Shown here: positions 51,395-62,269 of the stretch, in pieces
Numbering within the stretch: the stretch's first letter is position 1
Layout of the letters: every line of letters begins with the position of its first letter
DNA from: a bacterium
Lineage (GTDB): Bacteria; SZUA-182; DTGQ01; JAFGSM01
NCBI GenBank assembly: GCA_049472315.1
Contig: JBLIRN010000001.1
Coordinates: 32,001 to 96,000, forward strand
DNA: 64,000 nucleotides
Reading direction: 5' to 3'
Translations under genes and position numbers: made by a program
Notes under the pieces: model-generated
What the model saw: the letters and a program-made list of their open reading frames with translations, nothing else
The model's database searches: none
Told to the model about the DNA's origin: nothing

Positions 51395-52618
51395 ATGGCG
51401 GTCTATGAATACAAGGCACTGGACACGAAGGGAAAAACGGTTCGGGGGGTTATCGATGCCTCGACCTCCATGGAGGCACGGACCAAGCTCAGGCGTGACG
51501 GGATCTTCGCCTTCGAATTGAAGACCGCGGAACTCGAGCAGGTTCTCCCTGAAAAACAGCTTTTCACCACAGGGATATTTCGCTGGATCAAGAAGGCCGA
51601 GGTCGCACTCATCACCCGCCAGCTCGCCACCCTCCTCAAGGCAGGCCTTCCCCTCGACCAATCACTGACCGCGCTCATCGATCAGGTGGAATCGGAGCCA
51701 CTCAAGAAGATCATCATCCAGATTCGGGAGAAGGTAAAGGAGGGGAGCGCATTTTCCGATGCCCTGGCGGAACATCCCCGGGTCTTCTCCGATCTTTACT
51801 GCCACATGGTGCGGGCCGGAGAGGCGAGCGGCGCGCTGGACCTCGTACTGGAGCGCCTCGCGGACTTCCTGGAGCAAAGCATCCAGCAGCAGCGGAAGAT
51901 CAAGGCGAGCCTCGCCTACCCCATCCTCATGTGCGTCATCGGGGTTGCAGTCATCATCTTCCTGATGATATTCGTGATCCCCACCATCACCAACATCTTC
52001 AGCGAGATGAGCCAGCAGCTTCCCCTGCCCACCCAGATCCTGATATCCACCAGCTTCTTCATACGCGACTTCTGGGTGGTCATTGCAGGGGCGATCATCG
52101 CCATCTATTTCATCCTTCGCCGCTATGTCAAGACGGAATCGGGACGGTTGCTCAAGGATTCCCTGAGCCTGAAGGTCCCCATCTTCGGCAGTCTCAAAAA
52201 AAAGTTTGCCATCGCCCGTTTCGCTCAGACCATGGGGACCCTCCTGAGCGGCGGCCTCCCCATCCTGGAGGCCCTCAGGATCGTCCGCCACATCGTGGAC
52301 AACGAGGTCATAGGCCGGGCAATCGACCGCGTTGCACTGAGCGTTCAGGAGGGGGAGGAGATCGCCCCGCCCCTCAAGAGGGAGGGCATCTTTCCTCCCA
52401 TCGTTATTCACATGGTGTCAGTGGGTGAAAAGAGCGGCCAGATGGAGGAGATGCTCCATAAGATCGCAGAGGCGTACACCAACGAGGTCGAATCCGCCAT
52501 CGCCGGGCTCACCTCGGTACTTGAGCCCCTCATCATCCTTTTCATGGGGGTGCTGGTCGGTTTCATCGTCATGTCGATCCTGTGGCCGATATTTGAGATA
52601 AACCAACTGATCAGTTGA
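51395..52618 (+). CDS. gspF: type II secretion platform protein
   Basis: TRQLATLLKAGLPL, AGEASG, YP, GEKSG, LEP. Confidence 0.95.
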   Translation: MAVYEYKALDTKGKTVRGVIDASTSMEARTKLRRDGIFAFELKTAELEQVLPEKQLFTTGIFRWIKKAEVALITRQLATLLKAGLPLDQSLTALIDQVESEPLKKIIIQIREKVKEGSAFSDALAEHPRVFSDLYCHMVRAGEASGALDLVLERLADFLEQSIQQQRKIKASLAYPILMCVIGVAVIIFLMIFVIPTITNIFSEMSQQLPLPTQILISTSFFIRDFWVVIAGAIIAIYFILRRYVKTESGRLLKDSLSLKVPIFGSLKKKFAIARFAQTMGTLLSGGLPILEALRIVRHIVDNEVIGRAIDRVALSVQEGEEIAPPLKREGIFPPIVIHMVSVGEKSGQMEEMLHKIAEAYTNEVESAIAGLTSVLEPLIILFMGVLVGFIVMSILWPIFEINQLIS

Positions 52619-52648
52619 TCGGCGTATCGCCGGGCAGGAGGGCGCACA

Positions 52649-53341
52649 ATGTCATTCGAGCATTTCAGGCATCATTTACGGAACAAGTTCCTTGCGGGAC
52701 TCCTGGTAATTCTGCCTGCATTCATCACGATCCTCATGGTTCGTTTCAGCTTCGGCCTTTTCGAGCGCCTCTTCGCCGGTCCCTTCGCCTTTTTCGCCAG
52801 GCTGGCAGGGCTTTCCGGTCGGTTCACCACCTATCTTTCCGGGATACTGGGCCTACTGAGCCTTTTGTGCATCACGTACATAACGGGACTCATCGTCACC
52901 AATGTCATCGGAAAGAAGACCGTCCATATCGGCGAACGATTGTTGAGCAAGGTCCCCCTGGTATGGAGCATCTACCATTCCTCAAAGCAGCTCATGGAAT
53001 CGATATCCGTATCGGGCAAGAAGGCGTTCAGGCAGGTGGTCCTGGTGGAATATCCGCGCAGGGGGGTGTACACCATCGGCTTCCTGACCTCCGATGCACA
53101 GGGCGAGGTGCAACTGGTCACGGAAAAGGAGACGGTCAACATCTTTGTCCCCACCACCCCGAATCCCACCTCCGGCGTCCTGATCATCGTGCCTCGGGAG
53201 GATCTGATCACCCTTGACATGAGCATCGAGGAGGGGATCAAGGTGGTGGTCTCAGGGGGGATGGTGGTGCCTCCGCTGCCGGAAAAGTACAGACGAATGG
53301 CCGAGGAACAAAAAACCGGGAAGAACAAAACGGCGGAGTGA
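52649..53341 (+). CDS. DUF502 family membrane protein
   Basis: LAGLLVILP, VLVEYPR, FVPTTPNPTSG, SGG. Confidence 0.9.
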   Translation: MSFEHFRHHLRNKFLAGLLVILPAFITILMVRFSFGLFERLFAGPFAFFARLAGLSGRFTTYLSGILGLLSLLCITYITGLIVTNVIGKKTVHIGERLLSKVPLVWSIYHSSKQLMESISVSGKKAFRQVVLVEYPRRGVYTIGFLTSDAQGEVQLVTEKETVNIFVPTTPNPTSGVLIIVPREDLITLDMSIEEGIKVVVSGGMVVPPLPEKYRRMAEEQKTGKNKTAE

Positions 53342-53686
53342 GGCTACCTGCGCCTGATACGGGGAGGGATGAGCCTCAGGAAAACCATGAAATACACCGC
53401 GGTCTGGTTGATGCAGTACATGAAGAGAGCAGCTGTCTTTCGATCGTTTGCGCACAGAATAAGGTAGTACCCGTTCAACTTGTTTATCACCACATCCTGG
53501 AGAAAGTTACTCATTATTAAGAACCTCACTAATGCCCGAGGCATTCCTTTTTTTGATTGCCGATTGATCATGGTATACTCTTTTTAATGTGTTCTACTAT
53601 GTTGGGCGGTGCAATGATGCAAACGATTACGAAAGGGGAGACATTGTAATTGCTCAATATATTGAGCGGTTACAGTATATCGGATA

Positions 53687-55288
53687 ATGATCAAGAGTCA
53701 ACCTCCCAGGAAGGAAGACCGGGATGAACCCGTCAGGAGGATCACCGCTTCCGACGAGATAGCCTCTTCATATGGTGCATACCTCATGGACGAGTCCCGC
53801 TTCGGGCCCGGCTGGGCTGAGGAGATCGTCTTCCCTGCGACAGAGGCCGAGGTCTGCGCGATTTTACAGGAGATGGCGCAACGACACGTGCCCGTTACCG
53901 TATCCGGGGCGCGGACCGGGATCACCTCCGCAGCGGTGCCATGTGGCGGCGTGCTCATGAGCATGGAGCGGATGGATCGTGTCCTGGACATCCTCCGGGA
54001 ACGGGACGGCGGATGGTCGGTATGGGTTGAGCCTGGTTTCAGGCTCAGCGATTTTCATGAACAGGTGGAGACAAAACACCTGCCCGCACCGGAGGGGAAA
54101 CTGGGCACCTTCAGGGAAGACCCCCGTACCTATTTCTATCCACCGGACCCGACCGAGGAAACCGCGCTCATCGGTTCGACCGTGGCGACCAATGCCTCCG
54201 GGGCACGCTCCCTGCGCTACGGTTCCACGCGCAATTTTGTGCAGGCCCTGCGGGTGGCCCTCACCAACGGTGAGGTGCTGGAACTCGAGAGGGGCCGATG
54301 TCCCCTTTCTTCCGACGGCATGTTTCGGATCATTGATACAACGGGGAGGGAGACCTCCTTCCATCCACCCCGCTACGTCACCTCGGATGCAAAGTCCACC
54401 TGCGGGTATTTCAGCAGGCCGGGGATGGACCTGATCGACCTTTTCATCGGATCCGAGGGGACCCTGGGGGTGGTCACCGCAGTGCGGCTGAAACTGATTC
54501 AAAAACCCGAGGCGATCCTGGGCGCCCTCTCCTTCTTCCCCGAAGAGGATCATGCGATCTCCTTCGCCATTGAGGCTCGACAAGGGCTCCTCCCCCTATG
54601 CCTCGAATATTTCGACTCCCGTTCCCTGGACCTGTTACGCCGGGAGGAGGTCCCCTTCAGTGTGCCCTCCGGGGCAGGGGCGGCAATCTTCTGGGAAACG
54701 GCCTATAAGGAGGATGACATCGAGGAGATGTACGAGGCATGGGAGACCCTGCTTCTCGCCCACGGGGCATCCATGGACGAGACCTGGTCGGGGATGGAAA
54801 GGGCGGACTGGGAACGATTGAAGGCATTCCGACACATGATCCCCGAGCTGATAAACCGCATCATAGGGCAGAGAAAGGGAAGGCACAAAAAAATTCATAA
54901 GGTGAGCACGGATATGGCGGTCCCTGACCGTCACCTTCGGGACATGCTGGAGGCCTATCGCAGAGGGCTGCACACATCAGGCCTTGAATATGTCATCTTC
55001 GGCCATATCGGCGACAACCACCTGCATGTCAATATCCTTCCCCATGACGCATCGCAGGTGAGCACAGCAGGCGAACTGGTCATGTCCCTGGCACGCACCG
55101 CGGTCTCCCTGGGCGGGGTGGTGGCTGCCGAGCACGGGATCGGGAAAATGAAGCACGAGCTGGTGAGGATACAATACGGGGACGAGGGACTGCGGGAGAT
55201 GGCCCGGGTCAAAAGGGCACTCGATCCCCCGGCCATTCTTGGAAGAGGAAACATCGTGCCGGAAGCGCTCCTGGACAGCACCCCTTAG
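53687..55288 (+). CDS. FAD-linked oxidoreductase (GlcD/D-2-hydroxyacid dehydrogenase family)
   Basis: SGARTG, YPPDP, ATNASG, IGSEGTLG, FGHIGDNHLH, EHGIG. Confidence 0.9.
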   Translation: MIKSQPPRKEDRDEPVRRITASDEIASSYGAYLMDESRFGPGWAEEIVFPATEAEVCAILQEMAQRHVPVTVSGARTGITSAAVPCGGVLMSMERMDRVLDILRERDGGWSVWVEPGFRLSDFHEQVETKHLPAPEGKLGTFREDPRTYFYPPDPTEETALIGSTVATNASGARSLRYGSTRNFVQALRVALTNGEVLELERGRCPLSSDGMFRIIDTTGRETSFHPPRYVTSDAKSTCGYFSRPGMDLIDLFIGSEGTLGVVTAVRLKLIQKPEAILGALSFFPEEDHAISFAIEARQGLLPLCLEYFDSRSLDLLRREEVPFSVPSGAGAAIFWETAYKEDDIEEMYEAWETLLLAHGASMDETWSGMERADWERLKAFRHMIPELINRIIGQRKGRHKKIHKVSTDMAVPDRHLRDMLEAYRRGLHTSGLEYVIFGHIGDNHLHVNILPHDASQVSTAGELVMSLARTAVSLGGVVAAEHGIGKMKHELVRIQYGDEGLREMARVKRALDPPAILGRGNIVPEALLDSTP

Positions 55289-55739
55289 GGCCACGTCGTA
55301 TCCCGCAGGAACGGCTGCGATCCATTCTCTGCAGAAACGGGAATGCACGTCATGGGGCGGCAGATAACGGGACGTGTTGTGCAAAGGGGAAGGGCATCCT
55401 GCCTCACTATAGTAAAATAATAAAAAAGACAAATATTGCACTAATGAATGAATATAATGCATCATGGTTGCAACTATCATGTCCTGAAAAATACGGGCAG
55501 GAAGCATCGCAACCCATTAAAATATCAAATAGTTCGGCGGCCATCCATATTCTTCTCCCCCTGCCGGATCGAGATCCCTTCCCCCGCTACTTCCGAATCT
55601 TCACCCCTTACAGGCCCTTTTCCTTCCGATCTGTTATCCCTTGCGTCGAGAAATAATGTTCTAAATTTCATAATGTTACATGACAAGCCCGGAATGTGTC
55701 CATGCCCTTTCATATCCCTTTTATGGGAAAGGGCCCCTA

Positions 55740-55756
55740 TTGGCATAGCAGTTGCT
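55740..55756 (+). promoter_or_regulatory. sigma54 (-24/-12) promoter
   Basis: TTGGCATAGCAGTTGCT fits TGGCA-N6-TTGCW, about 50 nt upstream of ATG 55809. Confidence 0.7.
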
Positions 55757-55808
55757 TTCTTGTGTAATATTACAGCTTATTGTGTATGAAAAACCGGGGG
55801 GAGAACCT

Positions 55809-56762
55809 ATGGGAGTGACCAATCTTCAGAAAAATCGCACACGCGCGATAACCGATTCGTGCCTTTGTTCCTTCTGTAACCAATTGTGCCCCTATCAGGC
55901 GAATACGACGGATGCCGATGCTCCCCCCGAGTCAAAAAGGAGGACCTCCACTTACAATGAGATGGTCCGCTGCCTCAAATGCCCCGTGATGCTATCCATT
56001 ATCTCGGCCAACTCGCGACTGCAACGTTTTTTCTCCTCGCTGGGGAATCAGATCTCAATCCTTGTACAGAAAATGGAGCTCGATCAGATGCTCCTCAACA
56101 AGCAGCGGTTTTGCCTTGAAACCATCCAGAGGGAACACAAGGACCACTGGACGAAGATCGGTTTGCAGGAAAGAGTGCTCCGGAACAGGATCACCAAGTA
56201 CGAGTACCTGCTCGCGAAAAGGGCGATCTATCTCCATACCCTCCAGGCGTTGAGCGCCATTATCGGCCAGATCCCCGATCCCGATATACTCTGGAGGAGG
56301 ACATCCGCACTTCTCACCAGCAGGCTTCCCGATCTTGAGGCAGTGGGCCTGCTGCTGTTGGAGGAGGATTGCTGTCGGGTCAGGAGGCAATTCACGGATA
56401 TGCTTCCGTTACGGATTTCCGCCCTGGTCAACGGCTTTTTCGACCAAGAGGATTTTTGCTCCCGGTTCGCTGAAAAGGACGCCTTTGTGAGCCTCTATCA
56501 GATTTACTGGGAGACCCGCAGGGGCAGGAAGAGACTGGGGCCCCGCACGGAAGAAATGATGGAGCGTTGCCTTCTTTTCCCGGTAAAGGTGCACCGCTTC
56601 CTTGCAGGAATCTTTGTCGTACTCATGAAGAATCTCTCCTCATCCGTTGAGGAGTGTGCCCCCTTTTTCTCAACCGCCGCGCGACTGATCGAGGAAGGAA
56701 TCATTGCGGTCATGGATGCATCGCCGCATGCCCGTCATGGAGAGGGCCGACACGGTCTTTGA
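55809..56762 (+). CDS. hypothetical protein: Cys-rich N-terminus, coiled coil, possible GAF-like C-terminus
   Basis: GGAG RBS; CLCSFCNQLCP and CLKCP; GAF-like pattern is inference. Confidence 0.6.
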   Translation: MGVTNLQKNRTRAITDSCLCSFCNQLCPYQANTTDADAPPESKRRTSTYNEMVRCLKCPVMLSIISANSRLQRFFSSLGNQISILVQKMELDQMLLNKQRFCLETIQREHKDHWTKIGLQERVLRNRITKYEYLLAKRAIYLHTLQALSAIIGQIPDPDILWRRTSALLTSRLPDLEAVGLLLLEEDCCRVRRQFTDMLPLRISALVNGFFDQEDFCSRFAEKDAFVSLYQIYWETRRGRKRLGPRTEEMMERCLLFPVKVHRFLAGIFVVLMKNLSSSVEECAPFFSTAARLIEEGIIAVMDASPHARHGEGRHGL

Positions 56763-56864
56763 CCGCCTTTGAGAGAAATATCCGCCTGCGCTAACCGCGC
56801 TTCCCCGTTGCAACACCCATCGATGTGCTCATTGACTGGAGCCCCTATCGCCTCGTAGACAAAC

Positions 56865-56907
56865 AAAAAGGCTGCCGGACTTTTTGATGATCAGGTCCGG
56901 CAGCCTT
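56865..56907 (-). terminator. intrinsic terminator
   Basis: 13-bp inverted repeat AAGGCTGCCGGAC/GTCCGGCAGCCTT with T-run on the minus strand, between convergent genes. Confidence 0.75.
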
Positions 56908-56929
56908 GTAGTTTCAGGCTGATATCGTT

Positions 56930-57493
56930 TTAATAGCCGCCTCCGAAGAGCTGAAACAACTGTTGTGGATCGGCCTGGCCGTAGTACACGCCCTCCTGCT
57001 GGCCGTAGAGCGTATAGGGCTGGCCCGGCCGCGGCAATCTTTGGGCAGTAGTGCCGCCGCTACTCTGGGGGTAGTAGCCGCCAGTGCCGCCAGACATACC
57101 ATAGGGCATCATTCCACCGTATCCCTGCATACCATAGCCCTGCATGCCGTAGGGCTGCATGCCATAGCCCTGCATGCCGTAGCCAGCCTGCATGCCATAG
57201 GGCTGCATGCCATAGCCGCCGCCATAACCGTATTGAGGCTGCATGCCATAGCCCTGCATGCCGTAGCCAGCCTGCATGCCATAGGGCTGCATGCCATAGC
57301 CGCCGCCATAACCGTATTGAGGCTGCATGCCGTAGCCCTGCATGCCGTAGCCAGCCTGCATGCCATAGGGCTGCATGCCATAGCCGCCGAATTGGGGCAT
57401 GAACTGGGCGAAGCTTGACGGAACGGTTGAAAGGATGACTAAGAGACAAAGGATACCTACAAATGTTAACGCACTTGAAACCTTTTTCTTCAT
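56930..57493 (-). CDS. secreted low-complexity Gly/Tyr/Met/Gln repeat protein
   Basis: Signal peptide ending SSFA; many YGMQ repeats; followed by terminator. Confidence 0.8.
   Translation of the reverse strand: MKKKVSSALTFVGILCLLVILSTVPSSFAQFMPQFGGYGMQPYGMQAGYGMQGYGMQPQYGYGGGYGMQPYGMQAGYGMQGYGMQPQYGYGGGYGMQPYGMQAGYGMQGYGMQPYGMQGYGMQGYGGMMPYGMSGGTGGYYPQSSGGTTAQRLPRPGQPYTLYGQQEGVYYGQADPQQLFQLFGGGY
57120..57388 (-). repeat. nested tandem repeat: 15-nt units within 84-nt units
   Basis: 57217-57300 and 57301-57384 differ at one base; partial third copy. Confidence 0.9.
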
Positions 57494-57864
57494 AACCTGC
57501 TCACTCTTTCCTTCTTTGTAATTTGACCCAAAGAACCTAATTCAAAAGAAAGCTGTTTGCCTTTTCACCTCGCTCTCTTTAGTTGAAAATCATCGCAGCA
57601 AAATCTTGCTTAATGATTGACAATGCGTCTTTGTTTTCCACAATTACGACGTGACTTTATCGGCCCCCCATCCTCTTAAGAAAACTAAGAAATTCCCGGG
57701 TTCACCAACCTTTTGCAACTGCATGAAAATAAAACAATTCTTAATCTATCCCTTCACGCATCAGCAGTGTGGAAGGTGAAGAACATTCCGGATACACCTC
57801 GTTTCACTTAAATCGTATAGACATACTATTATTAAGACGGAAATAAATACTCTTCATTATGCTT

Positions 57865-57880
57865 TGCAAAAAAAATGCCC
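57865..57880 (-). promoter_or_regulatory. possible sigma54 promoter for the repeat protein
   Basis: GGGCATTTTTTTTGCA: GG-N10-GC spacing correct, about 370 nt upstream. Confidence 0.35.
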
Positions 57881-58082
57881 ATGGTATTCAGCATACACCC
57901 CATGCATACACAAAGGATCAGGATCTCTCAAATCCATTACATAATGGGCCGTTAACGTATTTCTCACCGGTTCGGCTCGATTGGCCGATCATGTGATGGG
58001 GGGTGCCAAGATGCAATATTTTGCATACTTTCGGACAGGTATCTGCCATGTCGGGCGAAGGCACTACTGGATTCCTCAATGC

Positions 58083-58808
58083 CTATGCAATACGTTCCTG
58101 GCCGATTTCATCCCGTATGAGCAGGGTGTTGGGATCCAGGAGAAGGTGGAGGTCCTCCACATTGGGATTGTCGTGGTCCTTCATAAGGCGCAGGCGAACG
58201 GAATCTCCAAAGGGTTCAAGGAACACGACCACGCTCAGGAGATCGTCAACCAGATGACAGGGGGCCGGGATACCCCGATCATTGACGACCACCCCCTCCC
58301 GGTGGGTCTGCACAGCAAACCAGATCTCCATGGCATGCGCCCGGGCGAGATCCTTGATCCGCTCCATGTCTGATCTGGAGAGCGATTCGAAGAAATGACC
58401 ATCCACGAGCACCACATCGGGTGCGAATCCACTGTGCTGCTTCAGCCTGGCGATCCCCGCCTCCATCCGGTCCGCACTGAACATGTGGTCCGTATAGCTC
58501 TGGATAATCCGCCTGGGTTCGATTTCACCCAGAATGGACTCCGCGGGGAGCAGGTTGCATGACCGGGCGAGGTCCCCCAGCATCTCGTTGTACCAGTCCC
58601 GTACCTCGTCCACCCTCTTTCCCACTGAAAAATGGAGGACATTCTGCCCTCTGAGGAGGTTATCCAGGGATATCTGAATCAGGCAGGCCGTCTTTCCCAC
58701 CCCGGCCCTCGCCATGATGGCCCCCAGGTTTCCCTTGCCCAATCCTCCATGAATGCCCTTTTCAAAGATCCTCATCGGATTTTTTTTGGAAATAGCATCG
58801 CGCCACAT
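58083..58808 (-). CDS. RecA/KaiC-like P-loop protein downstream of fusA
   Basis: GGLGKGNL, ARAGVGKT Walker A, VVLVDG Walker B. Confidence 0.75.
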   Translation of the reverse strand: MWRDAISKKNPMRIFEKGIHGGLGKGNLGAIMARAGVGKTACLIQISLDNLLRGQNVLHFSVGKRVDEVRDWYNEMLGDLARSCNLLPAESILGEIEPRRIIQSYTDHMFSADRMEAGIARLKQHSGFAPDVVLVDGHFFESLSRSDMERIKDLARAHAMEIWFAVQTHREGVVVNDRGIPAPCHLVDDLLSVVVFLEPFGDSVRLRLMKDHDNPNVEDLHLLLDPNTLLIRDEIGQERIA

Positions 58809-58881
58809 AGCTAGTTCACCTCTCTTGTTATGCCTGGTTCCTCTGCGCACGGTCTTCAGAGGTCCCCTATAGATTTCCATG

Positions 58882-60972
58882 TCACGCTGCCTTCTGGGAG
58901 GCGATCTTCTCACTATATTCCTTCTTGAGCTGCTCCGCGATATTATGAGGCACCTGTTTATACCGGCAGAACTCCATGGTGAATTCCGCCTTGCCCTGGG
59001 TTGCAGACCTCAGCACGGTGGAGTAACCGAACATATCGGCCAGGGGGACCTCGGCCTCAATGATGGAGAAGCTCGATTCCTCTGTGGTGCCGATAATGAT
59101 CCCGCGCCGTTGATTGAGGGTGGCCATCACCGCACCCTGAAACTCGGTGGGCACCTCCACCACGACCTTCATGATGGGCTCCAGGATGATCGGCTTCGCC
59201 TTTTGGTACGCCTGGCGGAAACCGCCTATTGCCGCCTGCCGGAAGGCAATATCGGAGGAATCCACCGCATGGGCCGCACCGTCCGTCAGGGTGACCTGGA
59301 CGTTGGTAATGGGAAACCCTATCAGGCTTCCCTTGTCCAGACAACTCTGGAATCCCTTGTCACATGAAGGGATAAAATCATGCGGGATGTGTCCCCCCAC
59401 CACCTTATTTACAAAATTATACTGGCCTTCCGGATAGGGCTCTATGCTACCCAGGACCCTGCCGTACTGGCCTGCGCCCCCTGTCTGCTTCTTGTGAAGG
59501 TAGTCGAATTCCGCCGGCTGGGAAATGGTCTCCCGATAGGCGACCTGGGGCATGCCGGTCTGAACGGCCGCCCCGTACTCCCGCTTCATTCGCTCGATAT
59601 AGATGTCCAGGTGGAGTTCGCCCATTCCCGATATAATGGTTTGGCCTGACTCCTGGTCATAGTGGGCACGAAACGTAGGGTCCTCCTTGCAGAACCGATT
59701 GAGGGACTTGTTGAGACGGTCCTGGGACTTGTTGTCCTGAGGGGTGATGGCCAGGGATATGACCGGATCCGGCACATGCATGTACGACATGACGATATTT
59801 TCCCGCCCGTCCGAGAAGCTGTCCCCCGAGGCGCAGTCGACGCCGAACATGGCCACGATGTCTCCTGCGCTGCACTCCTCGATCTCCTCCATCTTATCGG
59901 CGTGCATCCTGGCCAATCTGCCCACCTTCAGTTTGTTCCCCGTACGGATGTTGAAGATGGTTCCTCCCCTGGTGAGCCTCCCCCGATAGACCCTCAAATA
60001 GGTCAATTGGCCGTAACGGCCCTCCTCGAGTTTGAATGCAAATGCCACCAATGGGGCCTCCGGATCAGGCGCCACTACCAGTTCCTCTGCGCTGCGGTCC
60101 AGATCGATCCCCCTGTTCTCGATATTCAGGGGACAGGCAAGGTAGTGCACCACCCCGTCCAGCAGGGGCTGAACTCCCTTGTTCTTATAAGCGGATCCGA
60201 GAAATACCGGGGTGATCTGGAGGGACAGGGTCCCCGCCCTCACGGCGTGATGAATCAAATCGGGGGTGACGCGCTCCTCAAGGATGGCCTCGGTCAGCTC
60301 GTCGGAGAAAAGGGACACCGTATCCAGCATTTGCTCTCTTCTCAGTTCCGCCTCCTCGAGAAGTTCCTCCGGAACGGGCTCCCGTCTCATGGTTTCACCG
60401 GAGGGTCCATCAAAATAGATCGCCTCCATGGTCACCAGATCCACCACGCCGTGAAACCCGGCCTCCAGGCCGATGGGGATCTGCATGAGCACTGCGTTCT
60501 GCCGCAATTTCTCCCGCACCTGTTTGACCACCCGAACGGGATTGGCACCACTGCGGTCGCATTTATTGATGAAGGCGATTCTGGGCACCCGGTATCGCTC
60601 CATCTGCCGAGTCACGGTGATCGACTGGGATTGCACTCCACCCACCGCACAGAGCACCAGGATGGCGCCGTCCAGGACCCGCAGCGAGCGCTCCACCTCG
60701 ATGGTGAAATCCACATGCCCGGGGGTATCGATGATATTGATGAAATGACCTGCCCATTCGCAGTAGGTTGCTGCGGAGGTGATGGTGATGCCGCGCTCCC
60801 TCTCGAGATCCATGAAATCCATGGTCGCACCTACCCCATCCTTCCCCTTGACGTCATGGATGGCGTGTATTCTCTTGGTATAGTAAAGGATACGCTCGGT
60901 GAGCGTGGTCTTGCCGGAATCGATGTGGGCGCTGATTCCGATATTTCTCAGTCTGTGAACATCAATGGTCAT
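58882..60972 (-). CDS. fusA: elongation factor G (spd/mtEFG1-like, outside str operon)
   Basis: [40 protein letters not shown]. Confidence 0.97.
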   Translation of the reverse strand: MTIDVHRLRNIGISAHIDSGKTTLTERILYYTKRIHAIHDVKGKDGVGATMDFMDLERERGITITSAATYCEWAGHFINIIDTPGHVDFTIEVERSLRVLDGAILVLCAVGGVQSQSITVTRQMERYRVPRIAFINKCDRSGANPVRVVKQVREKLRQNAVLMQIPIGLEAGFHGVVDLVTMEAIYFDGPSGETMRREPVPEELLEEAELRREQMLDTVSLFSDELTEAILEERVTPDLIHHAVRAGTLSLQITPVFLGSAYKNKGVQPLLDGVVHYLACPLNIENRGIDLDRSAEELVVAPDPEAPLVAFAFKLEEGRYGQLTYLRVYRGRLTRGGTIFNIRTGNKLKVGRLARMHADKMEEIEECSAGDIVAMFGVDCASGDSFSDGRENIVMSYMHVPDPVISLAITPQDNKSQDRLNKSLNRFCKEDPTFRAHYDQESGQTIISGMGELHLDIYIERMKREYGAAVQTGMPQVAYRETISQPAEFDYLHKKQTGGAGQYGRVLGSIEPYPEGQYNFVNKVVGGHIPHDFIPSCDKGFQSCLDKGSLIGFPITNVQVTLTDGAAHAVDSSDIAFRQAAIGGFRQAYQKAKPIILEPIMKVVVEVPTEFQGAVMATLNQRRGIIIGTTEESSFSIIEAEVPLADMFGYSTVLRSATQGKAEFTMEFCRYKQVPHNIAEQLKKEYSEKIASQKAA

Positions 60973-61149
60973 AACACGCTATACCTCTTCATTTATAATA
61001 GTCGTTTCATTTTCTCCACGGCGATCATCCATCGCGTGCACCATGGGTTCATGAGCAGTGACCGCCGGAACGCCCATGAAGGATATATCCGAAATCCCTC
61101 GATTTTTTCATCCCCTTGCCGGGCCGGAGATCCACGGGTGTTCCATCGC

Positions 61150-62187
61150 TCACACATTGAACCTGACATGCATGATATCTCCGTCCTGCACTGCATATTC
61201 CTTCCCTTCCACCCTCAGAAGGCCCCTTTTACGGGCGGTTGCAAAATCCCCGCACTGGATGAACTCCTCATACCCGATCACCTCCGCCCGGATAAACCCG
61301 CGCTCTATATCCGAATGGATCTTGCCCGCAGCCTTCACCGCAATGGTCCCCTTTTGTATGGGCCAGGATCGGACCTCGTCCTCTCCCACGGTAAAAAAGG
61401 AGATCAGATCGAGGAGTTCATAGCTTACGGCAATAAACCGCTCGCTTGCAGGCTCCTCAACCCCCAGATCGGCAAGAAAGGCGCCCCGCTCCTCGGGTGC
61501 AAGCTGGGCGATCTCCTCTTCCAGGGAGCCGCAGATGGATAGCAGGCTCCACCCCTGACCCCTGCATTCCGCCTCTATCTGCTCAACCGGAAGCCCGGTC
61601 GGACCTTCCTCCCCGATGTTCAAAACCACCAGCACCGGTTTCCCGGTGACAAAGGTGTACCCGGCAATGCACGGATCCTCGCGCACCTCACGATCCAGAA
61701 ACGCAAGCCGCCGGTCCTGGCTGAGATGGCAGTGAATGGTTTCCATGAGCTCGAGCAGCGTGGGATTCCGGCGATCCTTCCGCAGCCGTTCGAGGGACTT
61801 CTCGGCCAGGATGAGATCGGAAAGGAGCATATCCGCCATGATGGTCCGTAATTCCTCCAGGGGGGCCGGGGGCATGCCGGTTGAAAATCCCTTCAGCACC
61901 AAGGCGAGCGCGTCGACGTCGTGCAGGTTCCTGATCATCTGGTCGCTGAATCCCTTTTCATCCTTTACCGATCCGGGAAAGTCGGCAAATCGGATCTGGG
62001 CGTATGTCTTCTTTTTGGGATTAAATATCTCCGCAAGCCTGTCGATCCGCTTGTCCGGCACCTGGATCAGGCCAAGGACATGCCCTTTTTTACATGCCGA
62101 GCTGTCCCCGTGCACCATCTGCCCTGTCAGGGAATTGAAGATGGTGGTCTTTCCGGAGCCATGAAGACCGATGATCCCGATGTTCAC
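61150..62187 (-). CDS. ychF: YchF-family ATPase (divergent)
   Basis: VPDKRID, DFPG, ISFFTVG, AAGKIHSDIERGFIRAE, EGKEY.VQDGD..RFNV; GTG start with GGAGG RBS. Confidence 0.85.
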   Translation of the reverse strand: MNIGIIGLHGSGKTTIFNSLTGQMVHGDSSACKKGHVLGLIQVPDKRIDRLAEIFNPKKKTYAQIRFADFPGSVKDEKGFSDQMIRNLHDVDALALVLKGFSTGMPPAPLEELRTIMADMLLSDLILAEKSLERLRKDRRNPTLLELMETIHCHLSQDRRLAFLDREVREDPCIAGYTFVTGKPVLVVLNIGEEGPTGLPVEQIEAECRGQGWSLLSICGSLEEEIAQLAPEERGAFLADLGVEEPASERFIAVSYELLDLISFFTVGEDEVRSWPIQKGTIAVKAAGKIHSDIERGFIRAEVIGYEEFIQCGDFATARKRGLLRVEGKEYAVQDGDIMHVRFNV

Positions 62188-62269
62188 AGGTCTCCTCCTC
62201 TCAAGCCAAAATTTCAATTATACTGCATCACGTGTCAAAAAGCAAAATATTCGATTTTCCAATGCACGG

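Noticed and set aside
57120..57388. Short repeats as a CRISPR array
   Set aside because: Contiguous coding repeats with no unique spacers
59662..61542. 626-aa plus-strand ORF, and similar long ORFs such as 25663-27255, 41574-42689 and 49443-50609
   Set aside because: Antisense shadows of well-supported genes in GC-rich DNA; no recognisable motifs
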